Part shown: positions 28,601 to 38,291 of the stretch, piece after piece
Numbering within the stretch: the first letter of the stretch is position 1
Layout: every line of letters begins with the position of its first letter
IMG/VR virus record: IMGVR_UViG_3300005337_000003
Coordinates: 1-64,000 of that record
Source of the DNA: a virus
DNA length: 64,000 nucleotides
Strand: one strand, 5' to 3'
Position numbers and translations under genes: made by a program
The notes under the pieces: generated by a model
Told to the model about the DNA's origin: nothing
Seen by the model: the letters and a program-made list of their open reading frames with translations, nothing else
Databases searched by the model: none

Positions 28601-31600
28601 TCCTTGAGCAATATATTCAAGGCATCAAGCCGGGACATTTTCTGGCTTTTTGATTTCTCAATAACGGAAGGGAGTTGCATGAGTTGTTTAAAGTCTCCCT
28701 GGATCGCTATCTTGATCTTGGCTGCGGTTATCTTGCCGTTACGGATATGATAGGTAGGCAGATCGTTAGTGCCATACCTGGCTACCTGTTCGGCAGTGGG
28801 TTTATCGAACTTACGAGGCTCTGAATAAGCGAAGGCTTTATTTTCGAAAAGAGTGGAGGGAACAAGCACAAATTGTTCACCCTTAACCTTTGGCGTTACC
28901 AGGCGCTTATTGGCCAGTGCCACTATGGTCTTCTCAATTATCTCAGCAGAAGGTGACACATCCAACGGATTTTTTATGGTGTCCCGGCGGATGGTTTGGA
29001 TATAGTTCCATTCATGCTCCCCCACATCGGAACGTTGCAGCTCATCAGATATCAAAGCCAATAACTTATCCAGCTTAATATCCTTGGTTGATCCCCCATC
29101 CTTAACTCCCAATTCGTAAAGCAATTCCTGCTTTTTATAAGCCACAAACTTATCCATGGCGCCTATATAGGCACGGTAATTTTTATAGTTGTCTGAAGCC
29201 TTAAGCTTCTGCTCTTCCGTCAGACTATTCCAATCCGATCCTTTATAATCCACTGGTATCCCCTGATCGAACATGCCAACAGATACCAATTTACGCAGCT
29301 GGGAGATCAGCGTTACCTTTCCCTTATATTTAGGTGAGGCTTTCACCTGGTACTTTAAAAAGTCAGTATGGATTAAATTAGGCACAAACGGCTTGTCTGA
29401 TAAAGTACGGGTTTGCACATCGCTATATAACTGCTGGGGCCCTGGCCACTCGGATATAGTAGATATCTTGGAGCCGGATACATAGGTGAGGTAATCGATA
29501 CCCTCCGACATCATCTTATGATGTAGCGCGTCCATATTTTCGGAAAGTCCAGGTATAATGGGCATCATGGCGAACTTGTGCAGTGCAGTCATCGGCACCG
29601 GCTGGCCCAGGAGCGGGCCAGCATACCCCATCTTGAATACCGGTGGGAACTGCCCCTTATAGGCAGGCTTATCTCCCCGGACAAAAGACTGGAAAAGCCC
29701 TTCCTGCTCATCGGACCATTCACCCAGGCCTTTTGCCAGGATCCTATAGGTATCAAAAGCCACTAAACAAGAAGCGTCCGTCTCATTGACCTTAGAGTAC
29801 GCTTTAGCAGTAGAATCGGCACTAGTGGCTTTAGTATATTGATCAAGATAGGCCGATACCGACTTTACATCGTCCACGACGGCAGTCCTGAAGATGCTAT
29901 TAAATGGCTCCGGTTTTAGACCTTGTGAAGTTGCCAGGGGTTTGCCAACCTTGTTATTTATGTAGTTCACGAAAGTTTGATCAGAGGGCATTACATCCCC
30001 TGGGGAAGCCATCGAGGCATTACGCTTGAAGAAATCACTGTACTGGGCAACATCCCCATAGATAACTATCATCTCCTCAAAGTGGTGGATCCAGTTATTG
30101 GCAACAAAGGAAGATATAACTGCGGCCCTGGCTTGTTCTGGCGTTATAGTTTTACCGTCGAGGGTTGCCAGTCCCTGCAGCTGATTGATCAGCGTGGGAC
30201 TTATAAAGCTGCCACCAAGCTCTGCGCTGCGGTTATTAACCTGCTGTACCAGACCAGAGAAGTATTCCACAATTTCCCTGGTTATAATGTCTTCCAGTTT
30301 GGGATTTATTTTACCTTCCAGTAGTGCCTGTTTTGTTTGATCGCTTAGAACCCCTGCAAAGGAATGGAACTGTGTTGCCCTTTCCAGGTACTTAAAATCC
30401 GTCTGTTTTAATTCTCCGGAATCCAGAAGCTTCTTAACGTAATTGATCCGGTCCAGTTCACCTGACAGGTAGTTGCGCAGGATTTCCACGTATTTGAATA
30501 CGCCCGACACATAACCGTTGGATTCTGGAATGAATGATTCGGTATCAATATAAAGCCGTGGATTCTTTGCACCAGTCTTATAATTACTCAGCGTTACAGA
30601 AAAAGATGCACTCTTGCCCGCATGTCGGGTAAGCTCGGGCGTAAATCCCATGACCTGCTGGTGAATATCAGAGATCAGGCGTGTCAGCTCGTCAGAGCCT
30701 GCCTGTGATAGGCCTTGTGTAAATCTGCCATTGATTGAAGGGATGGTCCCTGATAAGTTATCAACCTGCATGGTATTACCCGGATACCTCGGGCCATCAG
30801 GCCTGTTCCTATCATATAGAGCATTGATCCAAATTGATCTATCGGTGTAATAATTATAGGGTCGTCCCGGTTGATCCGGTGTGGGACTAAAGTGAGCTGT
30901 CTGCGGCTGGCTTAATAAGTTATTAAAGTTACCGGTACGATTAAATAGCGACACGATCTGTGTGATGGAACTTTGCTGATTATACTCGGATTGCTGCTCC
31001 CCTTCAGCATTCGCTACCATGAAATCCGAATACCTGCCGCTGTATTGACTCTCAAGCTGCAGTATCTTACCATAGTTTCCTTTAGGCCCTACCTGGCCGG
31101 TAACTCCCATCTCGGAGTTGTGTCGTGTAAATTGGCCTATACCCCGGATTATAAAGTTTCGCTCCTGTAGGTTACGGATATTATCGTAAATACCACTCAA
31201 CCGGATGTTTCCGGATTTTACTTCTTTTTCCAGCTGACTTTTGATCACTGGCAGATTGCTCAACGACATTCCTATATCCTGAAGGAACTCAAAAGGGTTG
31301 GCGTTTACTTCCTGTATGGTTTGGTATTTATCCAATAATGACTTTGCATCCAGGTAATTCCCGTGGATATCGTTACGCATGAATGGGCCTCCTGATTTGA
31401 AAAACTCATTCTTCCAGGTACGGTCTATTTTCTTGATCTCGGATATCGCGTTACCTATCCGGATATCATAGTTCGACTCACCGGTATTGTCATCGCGCTG
31501 CTCAGCAATCTCTGTCTGACGGAGCAGGATCCGGTATTTATTGGCACTGTGGTAGAATTTAAGCCACAATCCAGACTCCTTATCGGTCTGACCCTCATAC

Positions 31601-34600
31601 GATAGCGGTCCCAGCTTTCTCAACAGCTGGTCAATCGGCGGGTAGTTGATGCGTTCAGATTTGAGCCTTTGGTACATGTCCTCAAGACCTGTGCTGTTCT
31701 GAACGGTCTGCATGATATATGCCCAAGATTGCCTAAAATCCACCAGCGTGGGAAAGCCCAGCGCATTAGGCTGCACCTGCCGGTTAACATCTGGCTGATA
31801 TAAGCTGCTGACAATGGCTTTGATCTCCTCGGATACCAGGTCGTAAATAATGGTATCATTAGACTTATTTTCAAAGAAATTTTTACCTGCCATCTCCCGG
31901 GCCTCATGCTCCACATCATCAGATACCTCTGACTGGAATTGTGAGACAGCGTCCTTAATACGACTACTGATCAACTGTGATCGCTGCAGATGATACCCAA
32001 TAACGCCTTTATCTTTAAGGGAGAGTTCCGGGTGGGTCGCATCCCCAAAGTTATCGACAGCATATTGCAGCGTCTGCAGCGTCTTCTGTAAATCAGCACT
32101 TGGATTAACTTTAAACTGCTCCTGTACATCTGATAGCCTCTCTTCGAACTTTAGCTGGGCGTACCGATACAAACTGGCAACACCTTTCAGCTTAGACAAT
32201 ATCACCGCAGTGTAGGAAGATGTATATTGGGCCTGCAGGTTTTCCAACTCTTCTTTTTCTTCCGGTGTCAGATTTGGCTTCTGCTCAAGATCTCGTTTAC
32301 GGTTACCTGCCTGTAGATTGGCCGCATTCATCTCATCCAAGGCTTCGGAGAACAACGCATCCACACTGTCTGATATTAAGTCGGAGGTTTCAAAGCTCAG
32401 CTCTATTCCGCCCTTTACCGGCTGCATGGCTTTATTGAGCGTATTGAATTCAGCATTTTCAGCTGAGAAGCTATAGGTGGCCAAATCCCCTACTCGCAAT
32501 CTCTGGTAAAGTTCAGCAACTTTTTGGTTAACCCGCTCGTCTATCACGGATTCGCGAACCGTTGCCGATCCGAATAATTCTTTTAAAAAGTTCAGGATGC
32601 GGCGGAATAAAGTATTCCGTTTTGGTGCCTTATCCATCACTAACTTTCCACCGGATAACATATAAGCCCTGAAATCCTCTGCCAGATATTCCTCCAACTG
32701 CTTATTAGTAGCGTCGGAGAATTTAACGGTATTGCCCTGGAAGTCAATGAATGTTCCGGACTTAGTTCTCACCTCACGATATAAGCCCTCCCTATCTTCC
32801 CGAGGTAATAGTCCCTGAGTGAACCCGTGCCATGCCTCATGGTATAAATCTGACGCATCGGCGCCCTTGTATAATTTTACACAGTTAATGGCCCAATTGG
32901 CAATTACATTCGAATCTTCCGCGTTGACTTTTTCGAACATTGCCTGGAATGGAAAATGTTTTGAGAGTGGGCTTTGACTGTACCATTTCTCAGCCTCTTC
33001 GATCTGCGCCTCCATGGCCTTGATGCTCCCTTGGCCTGCGATCTTGTTCCATTTGTCCGGATTTTGTCCCTTAAGGGATGCCAGGTAATCCTTGGCAGAC
33101 ATTTTTGGTTTATCATATTCAGGCCTGATAAAACCGTTTTCATCAAACAGTGTGGGTTGTGACACCTCAACCTTAGGTTTATCAATAATATCCACATTAG
33201 CGGCTGGGCTGATGGTGAATTCCAGATTAGAACCAGCGCTCTGCAACCCTCCTTGGGAATCTACAGCATATGGTACAGTAAAATTATCTTGGATAAAACC
33301 AAAATACTTCCTGGTGGTTGTCGTTAAGGTGTTGCCGTTAATCTCGAAATCCTCATAAGAGTTACTATTAAACAGTGTCTTATTAATGCTTAACTTGATA
33401 GTATCTATCCTGTAATATTTTACACTTCCGTCAGGTTGAGGAAACTCATACACATCATCGAACTGAGCAGTTTCCAGGTTTGTCACTTTGTTGCTACGCC
33501 CCCCATACATCGCCTGGGCCTTAGCCGGTGTTAATTCCTCCGCAGGAATACGGCGGGTAAACATGGTACGCAATGCCTGACCCATCTCCTCCTTGCTGGC
33601 GTAACTCTGTGGTTGGCCCATCCGGTAGACCACAAGTTCACCACCAACAACCCGTATGTCAAGCGCTTTTGGATCAGTATATAAAAACTGACGGAGTAAC
33701 TTAAGCTTATTCTCTGGTGTAACTGCAAACGTCTGGCCTCCCCTGGTGAATGTAAGGTCAGTAGTGATAAGAGATACTAGTTTATTCACCATCTCGGGGG
33801 TAAACTCTTTCCGGTTAACAGATACAGACATCTCAGTGCCTGGAAGATCGAAATAGTAGACGTTGGGCCTTTGGTTCCTGGCCGGGATGCCCCGGTAAAA
33901 ATTAATAGGCGCTACGATCTTGAGGGCTGATACTGGTGAGGCTCCCTTCTTTATCGGAGGTACGTAGCGGATTTGGCCTCCTTTTATATCAACCTGCAGG
34001 GATTTCCCTGTCTGGTGGATATACTTGCGGGCGTCGGCCAATAGTTTTAATTTGCGGGTAGTGACGGCCAGTGCCTGCTCATACGTCATGCCTTGAGATT
34101 CCAGCTGTTTGAGCTGTCGCAGATCGGTTTCGAGCAAGGGCCTGCCTTCCACAGGATTGCGGAAGTTGTAGTGTATGAGCGATCCTTCGTCAGATTTTAC
34201 CAAATCAGCTGTAAATCGGATAGGTTTTCCTTCCGGGTCCGTTACCAGCAGCACAATGCCTTTATTGGCATTTTCCAATTTGGTGGGATCAGCTTGTATT
34301 TCAGCCTGGGTATCCGGGTAAAAATCCTCCACTTTAAAGTCTTTGGTTAGCGACATGGTAAGCCTTACCGGTACACCGTTGATAATGCTTGAGCCGTCCG
34401 GCTGCACGTTTTTTATTATCTGTGTCTTAGCGTCAGCATAGATTTTCATGCCGGGCCGGATCTGGCCGGTATTGATATCAGTATCCATCACTAAGTCCGA
34501 GAGGATCAACGCGGGGTTAGCCTTAAACTCCGGGACTTTATCTACCGGGATTTCTTGCTGTGCTGGAGGATTGATTTGCGAATCCTTAATAATATTCTCC

Positions 34601-34938
34601 TTAACAACGTTGGCCTCTTGAGTCTGTGTATTGAAGCCGTTAACGTACTCTTGCACCTTATCGAAATTTTCAAAGGCAGCTTCCTTTCCGGAAACGACTG
34701 CGGCGGAAGAGGCAAGCTTGGAGAATACATCCCGGTTGATTCCCATCACGGCGCGGATGTTTGCAGGTAGCAGTCCAACATATGTCATTGCCAATACCGG
34801 ATCACCGGTCTTGGTGCGGATCAAATCATGGAACTTTCTGGCATAATCGTCAAACTGAAAATCTTTGGCCTTGTTAAGGTCGATAGCTACTTTGCCGAAA
34901 AGCAGTCGCTGCTGTTGGGGAGTTAATGTACAATTCAT
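25639..34938 (-). CDS. Virion-packaged DNA-dependent RNA polymerase (crAss-like, 3099 aa)
   Basis: Catalytic loop GGDFDYDK at 28414-28428, preceded by RVPTQG; zincin HEAWH at 32827-32841; true start is probably ATG 34938 (ATGA overlap), not TTG 34944. Confidence 0.92.
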   Translation of the reverse strand: MNCTLTPQQQRLLFGKVAIDLNKAKDFQFDDYARKFHDLIRTKTGDPVLAMTYVGLLPANIRAVMGINRDVFSKLASSAAVVSGKEAAFENFDKVQEYVNGFNTQTQEANVVKENIIKDSQINPPAQQEIPVDKVPEFKANPALILSDLVMDTDINTGQIRPGMKIYADAKTQIIKNVQPDGSSIINGVPVRLTMSLTKDFKVEDFYPDTQAEIQADPTKLENANKGIVLLVTDPEGKPIRFTADLVKSDEGSLIHYNFRNPVEGRPLLETDLRQLKQLESQGMTYEQALAVTTRKLKLLADARKYIHQTGKSLQVDIKGGQIRYVPPIKKGASPVSALKIVAPINFYRGIPARNQRPNVYYFDLPGTEMSVSVNRKEFTPEMVNKLVSLITTDLTFTRGGQTFAVTPENKLKLLRQFLYTDPKALDIRVVGGELVVYRMGQPQSYASKEEMGQALRTMFTRRIPAEELTPAKAQAMYGGRSNKVTNLETAQFDDVYEFPQPDGSVKYYRIDTIKLSINKTLFNSNSYEDFEINGNTLTTTTRKYFGFIQDNFTVPYAVDSQGGLQSAGSNLEFTISPAANVDIIDKPKVEVSQPTLFDENGFIRPEYDKPKMSAKDYLASLKGQNPDKWNKIAGQGSIKAMEAQIEEAEKWYSQSPLSKHFPFQAMFEKVNAEDSNVIANWAINCVKLYKGADASDLYHEAWHGFTQGLLPREDREGLYREVRTKSGTFIDFQGNTVKFSDATNKQLEEYLAEDFRAYMLSGGKLVMDKAPKRNTLFRRILNFLKELFGSATVRESVIDERVNQKVAELYQRLRVGDLATYSFSAENAEFNTLNKAMQPVKGGIELSFETSDLISDSVDALFSEALDEMNAANLQAGNRKRDLEQKPNLTPEEKEELENLQAQYTSSYTAVILSKLKGVASLYRYAQLKFEERLSDVQEQFKVNPSADLQKTLQTLQYAVDNFGDATHPELSLKDKGVIGYHLQRSQLISSRIKDAVSQFQSEVSDDVEHEAREMAGKNFFENKSNDTIIYDLVSEEIKAIVSSLYQPDVNRQVQPNALGFPTLVDFRQSWAYIMQTVQNSTGLEDMYQRLKSERINYPPIDQLLRKLGPLSYEGQTDKESGLWLKFYHSANKYRILLRQTEIAEQRDDNTGESNYDIRIGNAISEIKKIDRTWKNEFFKSGGPFMRNDIHGNYLDAKSLLDKYQTIQEVNANPFEFLQDIGMSLSNLPVIKSQLEKEVKSGNIRLSGIYDNIRNLQERNFIIRGIGQFTRHNSEMGVTGQVGPKGNYGKILQLESQYSGRYSDFMVANAEGEQQSEYNQQSSITQIVSLFNRTGNFNNLLSQPQTAHFSPTPDQPGRPYNYYTDRSIWINALYDRNRPDGPRYPGNTMQVDNLSGTIPSINGRFTQGLSQAGSDELTRLISDIHQQVMGFTPELTRHAGKSASFSVTLSNYKTGAKNPRLYIDTESFIPESNGYVSGVFKYVEILRNYLSGELDRINYVKKLLDSGELKQTDFKYLERATQFHSFAGVLSDQTKQALLEGKINPKLEDIITREIVEYFSGLVQQVNNRSAELGGSFISPTLINQLQGLATLDGKTITPEQARAAVISSFVANNWIHHFEEMIVIYGDVAQYSDFFKRNASMASPGDVMPSDQTFVNYINNKVGKPLATSQGLKPEPFNSIFRTAVVDDVKSVSAYLDQYTKATSADSTAKAYSKVNETDASCLVAFDTYRILAKGLGEWSDEQEGLFQSFVRGDKPAYKGQFPPVFKMGYAGPLLGQPVPMTALHKFAMMPIIPGLSENMDALHHKMMSEGIDYLTYVSGSKISTISEWPGPQQLYSDVQTRTLSDKPFVPNLIHTDFLKYQVKASPKYKGKVTLISQLRKLVSVGMFDQGIPVDYKGSDWNSLTEEQKLKASDNYKNYRAYIGAMDKFVAYKKQELLYELGVKDGGSTKDIKLDKLLALISDELQRSDVGEHEWNYIQTIRRDTIKNPLDVSPSAEIIEKTIVALANKRLVTPKVKGEQFVLVPSTLFENKAFAYSEPRKFDKPTAEQVARYGTNDLPTYHIRNGKITAAKIKIAIQGDFKQLMQLPSVIEKSKSQKMSRLDALNILLKDEAWLDENNHRQMVTMVGARVPTQGPNSTDFVEVYEFLPEYVGNILLAPPEITAKTGGDFDYDKLPMLMPHIRMVDGEPTYASAISKKKAKQLHDEIIKTAIQKDELINSQGKLQWKKDAAADKLLGDIFGANWDLDYTDDEIRDILRDQGKKPFDEYYSELNGSPVLENNIIQTMRAMMERPDNFENLVRPNDVDIAKPIAEGIRGDQKHNNQGTRMYEPLRSIEVQQANSVGKDALGIGAINNTFNAVSQAIGLELAPSFDAGRATILMPHNSTPGGISLSGLKDTDGNSISEVVSQLINGWVDVEKDDWISYIQGNKELAPVLLFLVRSGVPLKKAVTFLRHPIIQEYVKQQRLQKSPVGGIFGAAGNYRNYRRPAQRNILRRFGIIKPKPGDLAELALIYTEGITDITDLMGNQVASGETKAAEPLRSFGGARALQDDIKNDIDPEEFKRRVLGLFQNAGSPEEVKFLHRKFTLLTHPDKGGKLPLSQALNAALDEYRQDPEGVKDFDKPIKKAVVRNPDLAVFLHFLEIENIVAGLDKLQRAFNVDTNKAQTVFEFAAKTQEIEDAEQNTLISDKYVKSILNNSAIGPFYVHKFVTDVFGRLMTLLNNPELNKFLFNFMQDSEAKGLFGGDPVQTARVFKSDLIYYIFQQKLRGYDKAIASVEDAEGVEFSSDNERAYFVDKRDELKGMYPMDSIIDNFDYQDILSQNKATDNIRLSDETDVDFDIRMREKSYKEWLNEQALFDIFSPYQLLKAPRNVAAKYEALLFKYPQLKTQFSILGNIKQSTSSGLTNLMLSTTKLSSAEVDRFHQNLKQLANSNELLKISGIDQKDADYIATFFKKLPLYLYMQSGPNTRNPFSFARVIPVQRIQRLIGEDVQRLGKTIDAKYLAEFAGKFLVVNSDISDRNRFKDYMINDRIDREKLGTEDQQLELPELEYSDSADNEVDLWERHHTAILQKYPDLTKEQFDSLSEEETKQLIDCL

Positions 34939-37900
34939 ACGCAACCTAGTGTTTCTTCGAACTCTTTCTCAAATTTCTCAGGATCAGCCAATGCCTCTTC
35001 CATTGTCTTCTCAAGCACCTGACGGCTACTATTAATGAAATTAGTCACCTGTTCACTACTCTGAGTTGCCAGTTCTTTTTCCTTATCTGTTGGCTGCGTA
35101 TCCTGTGCTGCTTCGGATTGTATACCCAAAACAGTATCCTTTAAGTCTTTTTCTTCCACGGTTATCTTGAGGTTTTTATTAAGGAGATCAATGGTTAATT
35201 TTTTACCTGTATTTTGCGACACCATACCTTTGTCATGCTCTTTGTTAGTCAGCTGCACTACAGTACCTACTGGCAGATTAGACATACTGATAACATTGTG
35301 AAATTCCTGACGACGCGCTTCCAGGCCTTTGAGTATTTTATTAGCGGTTAAATTCATCCGCTTACGGGTCCTGCGGTCAAACAGCCTAAACATGGTCTCA
35401 AATTCAGCTTTAAGCGCGTCCAGTTCGTCCAGGTTCTTAACACCAGGAATGCGCTCCAATACATCCTCAGCCTGGACATCCTCCTTGGTTTTACCTTGTT
35501 CCTGTGCAACTTCTGGCTGCTCGACTTGTTCTTCAGTAACTACCTCTTCCTCCGGCTTGGTAACATTGAGATAATTATCTACAATGTCTTTAAATTTTTG
35601 ATATCTCGGATCCCTGGCATCTATGGCTTGTTTGGCATTAATATCAAAAAAGCGCTCAGGCACAGCCTTGTCATTAATCAGCTTATCTACACTCTGCGGA
35701 GATAGTACAAATCCCCTATCATACAAAGTCTGTAAGATCGAATTGTCTTCAGTGGATTTCTGAGCTAATTCGATACCCTTCTTGATTATATCGCCTTTAG
35801 AATTATAAAGATCCGTAAATGCACTATTAAGTCTTTCATAATAATTTAAAAATCCTTGAGGATCAGCCAGCGTATTTACTGTTTCAGTTGTAATAACGTT
35901 CTCTATTCCCAACTCATGCAGATCCAGCAATTCATCAAATGATTTACGTAATTCCACATTAGACACGCTGGAAGATGGGTTGAGGGATTTAAGGTAGTTT
36001 GAGTATGATTTGAACAGTTTGTTTTGATCTGTCCGTTTCTGTTTGTCCAGAGATAGCGCCTTTTTTGCTTCCGGCGATAGTCCTTCCAGGTCCTGGTGCA
36101 GGTATAGACCTGTTAATGTGGTATTAAAATCCTCCAGGTGTTTTAAGGTATTTTTTTTGGCCTTAAGCTCCTCGCGGTTATTATTGTATTCCAGTACCTC
36201 GATCTCATCTTTTAGTAGACCTATTTCCTTTTGAAGCTGTATAGGGCTTGTCAGGGCATTAAAATAATTGGAAGGAATCTTATTGGTTCCGGCCTGGGCC
36301 AGCAGGCCGGAAGCGATGTTTTTGATCCTTGTTGCATTGTCCTCGACTTTGGCACTATCGAATATCGCCCTCGACTTGGCTTGTTCCCAGGCTGAATACC
36401 CTATGGCTTCCCGGGTATATTCCGGGGTATCCTTGTGGTACATTGTAGGACTGAAAGGGTTCTGTAGCCTGAGATTCCACTCCTCGTATTTTTGTTTGAC
36501 AGTCTCGGCCCGGGAGATCAGCGAATCGACCTTTGAAAGAATCTCCTGCCCGTCCCGACCGAATGTTTCCTTTATGGCCTCTGGCGTCATGCTTCGGATA
36601 TCGCGCAGTTTATCTAAGAACAGATCATAGGATCCGGTATCAAGAGCCAGTTTGGTATTGCTTGCCAAATTCTCAAATTCGTTATCCAACCACTTCTTCT
36701 TATCATTCTCATCAAGAGCTTCGTATTGGCCTTTTACCGCTTCAGCGCTGGTAGTGTAGTTGATATCGCGGGAGGAAAAGAATCTCAAAGGGTCTTTATA
36801 ATACTCATTAAGAGTTGCAAGGGTCTTCTGTGTATAGTCATTCTTGGTCTTACGATAGCCTGCTATTTTTTCAATACCTGCACTTACTGGTGATACCAAG
36901 CCCCCCATGAAAAATCCGGAGGCAAACGTTTCAAATCCCTTGCCGCTGAGCTGATCCACGGTGTTCTTGGCTAAGGCATCCCACATGCTGTCATTTGTAT
37001 ATTCTCCCCTACCGTGGTCTAGTCCGCTCCTGGTCTTGGAGCCGTATAAATTGGCATAGTAATCCACAGCGGTACCTGCCGTGATGTCCTGCAACGACTC
37101 CTGCAACCCTTCCGAAAGGTTGCCCCTGAAGTATTTAACAGCGCCTATTCCCCAGTTTTTAGGCTTGAACGCTGCGCGGGTCCGATTCATAAAAGTGGCC
37201 TCAACAAGCTTGTCCCCCTGCCTCATGAACCGGGCTCCATTACGCAGCGTATATTCTGTTGGTTGGGCAAATGATTTCAGCAACGGATCAAACGTCAGCT
37301 TATTGGTGAGGAATATCACCGGAATGTTAGCAATCATGTTAGATGTGCCGGCATCCTTGGCATTCTCTTTTAACGTAGCATATTCCTGGTCATCCGGATA
37401 ACGACCACCGTGCTCTTCACGGAACTTGGCCAGCATCCGCTCCTCGGCATCCCGCTGGGCTGCTGCTCCTTCCATACGGGCCTCCGATACGGTAAAATTG
37501 GCTGCCTGTATGTCTTGGTAAAGGGCGCCGGCTGTCTTATAGGAAGCCACGGCTGCATTCACACTGCCTGATTTGCTGGCCTGATATATATCCTTAGCGG
37601 CTTCAAACGTATTGGCCAGGGGCGTAATACTTTTAGCTGCATTCCAGAGCTTCTCTGCAGCTGAGTAATTATTGATTTCCTTCAGGGTGCCTAATGCCGC
37701 CTCGTATTTGCCCAGGTCTTTGGTGAACTTGCCTACTTGTAAAGCTCCCTGCGTACCCTTGAAGGCACTCCCTATTCCTGAGGTAAGATAATTTTCCAGC
37801 ACCAGTTCACCTATCATACCTACAGTGTAGCCTGAATTACTCATAAGGTTAGAGGCAAAACCGCTCACACCTCCCCTGGTTGATGAACCTACGGCATTAT

Positions 37901-38291
37901 AGTAATTCATCTCGTCGGCACTATCGTAATCCAGGCCCGTGAAATCTCCTGTAAGGGCTGCGCCGTAGGAACGGATCGGGGCTTTAAAGCCTGTAGCAGC
38001 CAGCTTACCTGCTGTCTTTATTGCCCGCCACATATCTCCCAGGCCTGAACTATTGTTGTTATACAACGATTCGTTATCTACCCATGGGTTGAACCCCAGT
38101 TTAGAAAAAGACGGATGAGAATAATAACGCTCAAAGTTCTTATTTTGGTCTGTGGTGCTACGGGGATCATAGCTGAAAGAGGCTGCACTTACATACGGAC
38201 TGAATACCTGCTTAGATACCCGGTCAGGAATAGAAGAGACAGCAGCTTCCTGCTGCGCTATCAATTCATCGAGTTTTGGGTCCCGTGGCAT
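34935..38291 (-). CDS. Large virion cargo protein (1118 aa)
   Basis: Long helical Ala/Gly-rich ORF directly upstream of the vRNAP; EGLQESLQ and GFFMGGL segments. Confidence 0.8.
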   Translation of the reverse strand: MPRDPKLDELIAQQEAAVSSIPDRVSKQVFSPYVSAASFSYDPRSTTDQNKNFERYYSHPSFSKLGFNPWVDNESLYNNNSSGLGDMWRAIKTAGKLAATGFKAPIRSYGAALTGDFTGLDYDSADEMNYYNAVGSSTRGGVSGFASNLMSNSGYTVGMIGELVLENYLTSGIGSAFKGTQGALQVGKFTKDLGKYEAALGTLKEINNYSAAEKLWNAAKSITPLANTFEAAKDIYQASKSGSVNAAVASYKTAGALYQDIQAANFTVSEARMEGAAAQRDAEERMLAKFREEHGGRYPDDQEYATLKENAKDAGTSNMIANIPVIFLTNKLTFDPLLKSFAQPTEYTLRNGARFMRQGDKLVEATFMNRTRAAFKPKNWGIGAVKYFRGNLSEGLQESLQDITAGTAVDYYANLYGSKTRSGLDHGRGEYTNDSMWDALAKNTVDQLSGKGFETFASGFFMGGLVSPVSAGIEKIAGYRKTKNDYTQKTLATLNEYYKDPLRFFSSRDINYTTSAEAVKGQYEALDENDKKKWLDNEFENLASNTKLALDTGSYDLFLDKLRDIRSMTPEAIKETFGRDGQEILSKVDSLISRAETVKQKYEEWNLRLQNPFSPTMYHKDTPEYTREAIGYSAWEQAKSRAIFDSAKVEDNATRIKNIASGLLAQAGTNKIPSNYFNALTSPIQLQKEIGLLKDEIEVLEYNNNREELKAKKNTLKHLEDFNTTLTGLYLHQDLEGLSPEAKKALSLDKQKRTDQNKLFKSYSNYLKSLNPSSSVSNVELRKSFDELLDLHELGIENVITTETVNTLADPQGFLNYYERLNSAFTDLYNSKGDIIKKGIELAQKSTEDNSILQTLYDRGFVLSPQSVDKLINDKAVPERFFDINAKQAIDARDPRYQKFKDIVDNYLNVTKPEEEVVTEEQVEQPEVAQEQGKTKEDVQAEDVLERIPGVKNLDELDALKAEFETMFRLFDRRTRKRMNLTANKILKGLEARRQEFHNVISMSNLPVGTVVQLTNKEHDKGMVSQNTGKKLTIDLLNKNLKITVEEKDLKDTVLGIQSEAAQDTQPTDKEKELATQSSEQVTNFINSSRQVLEKTMEEALADPEKFEKEFEETLGCV

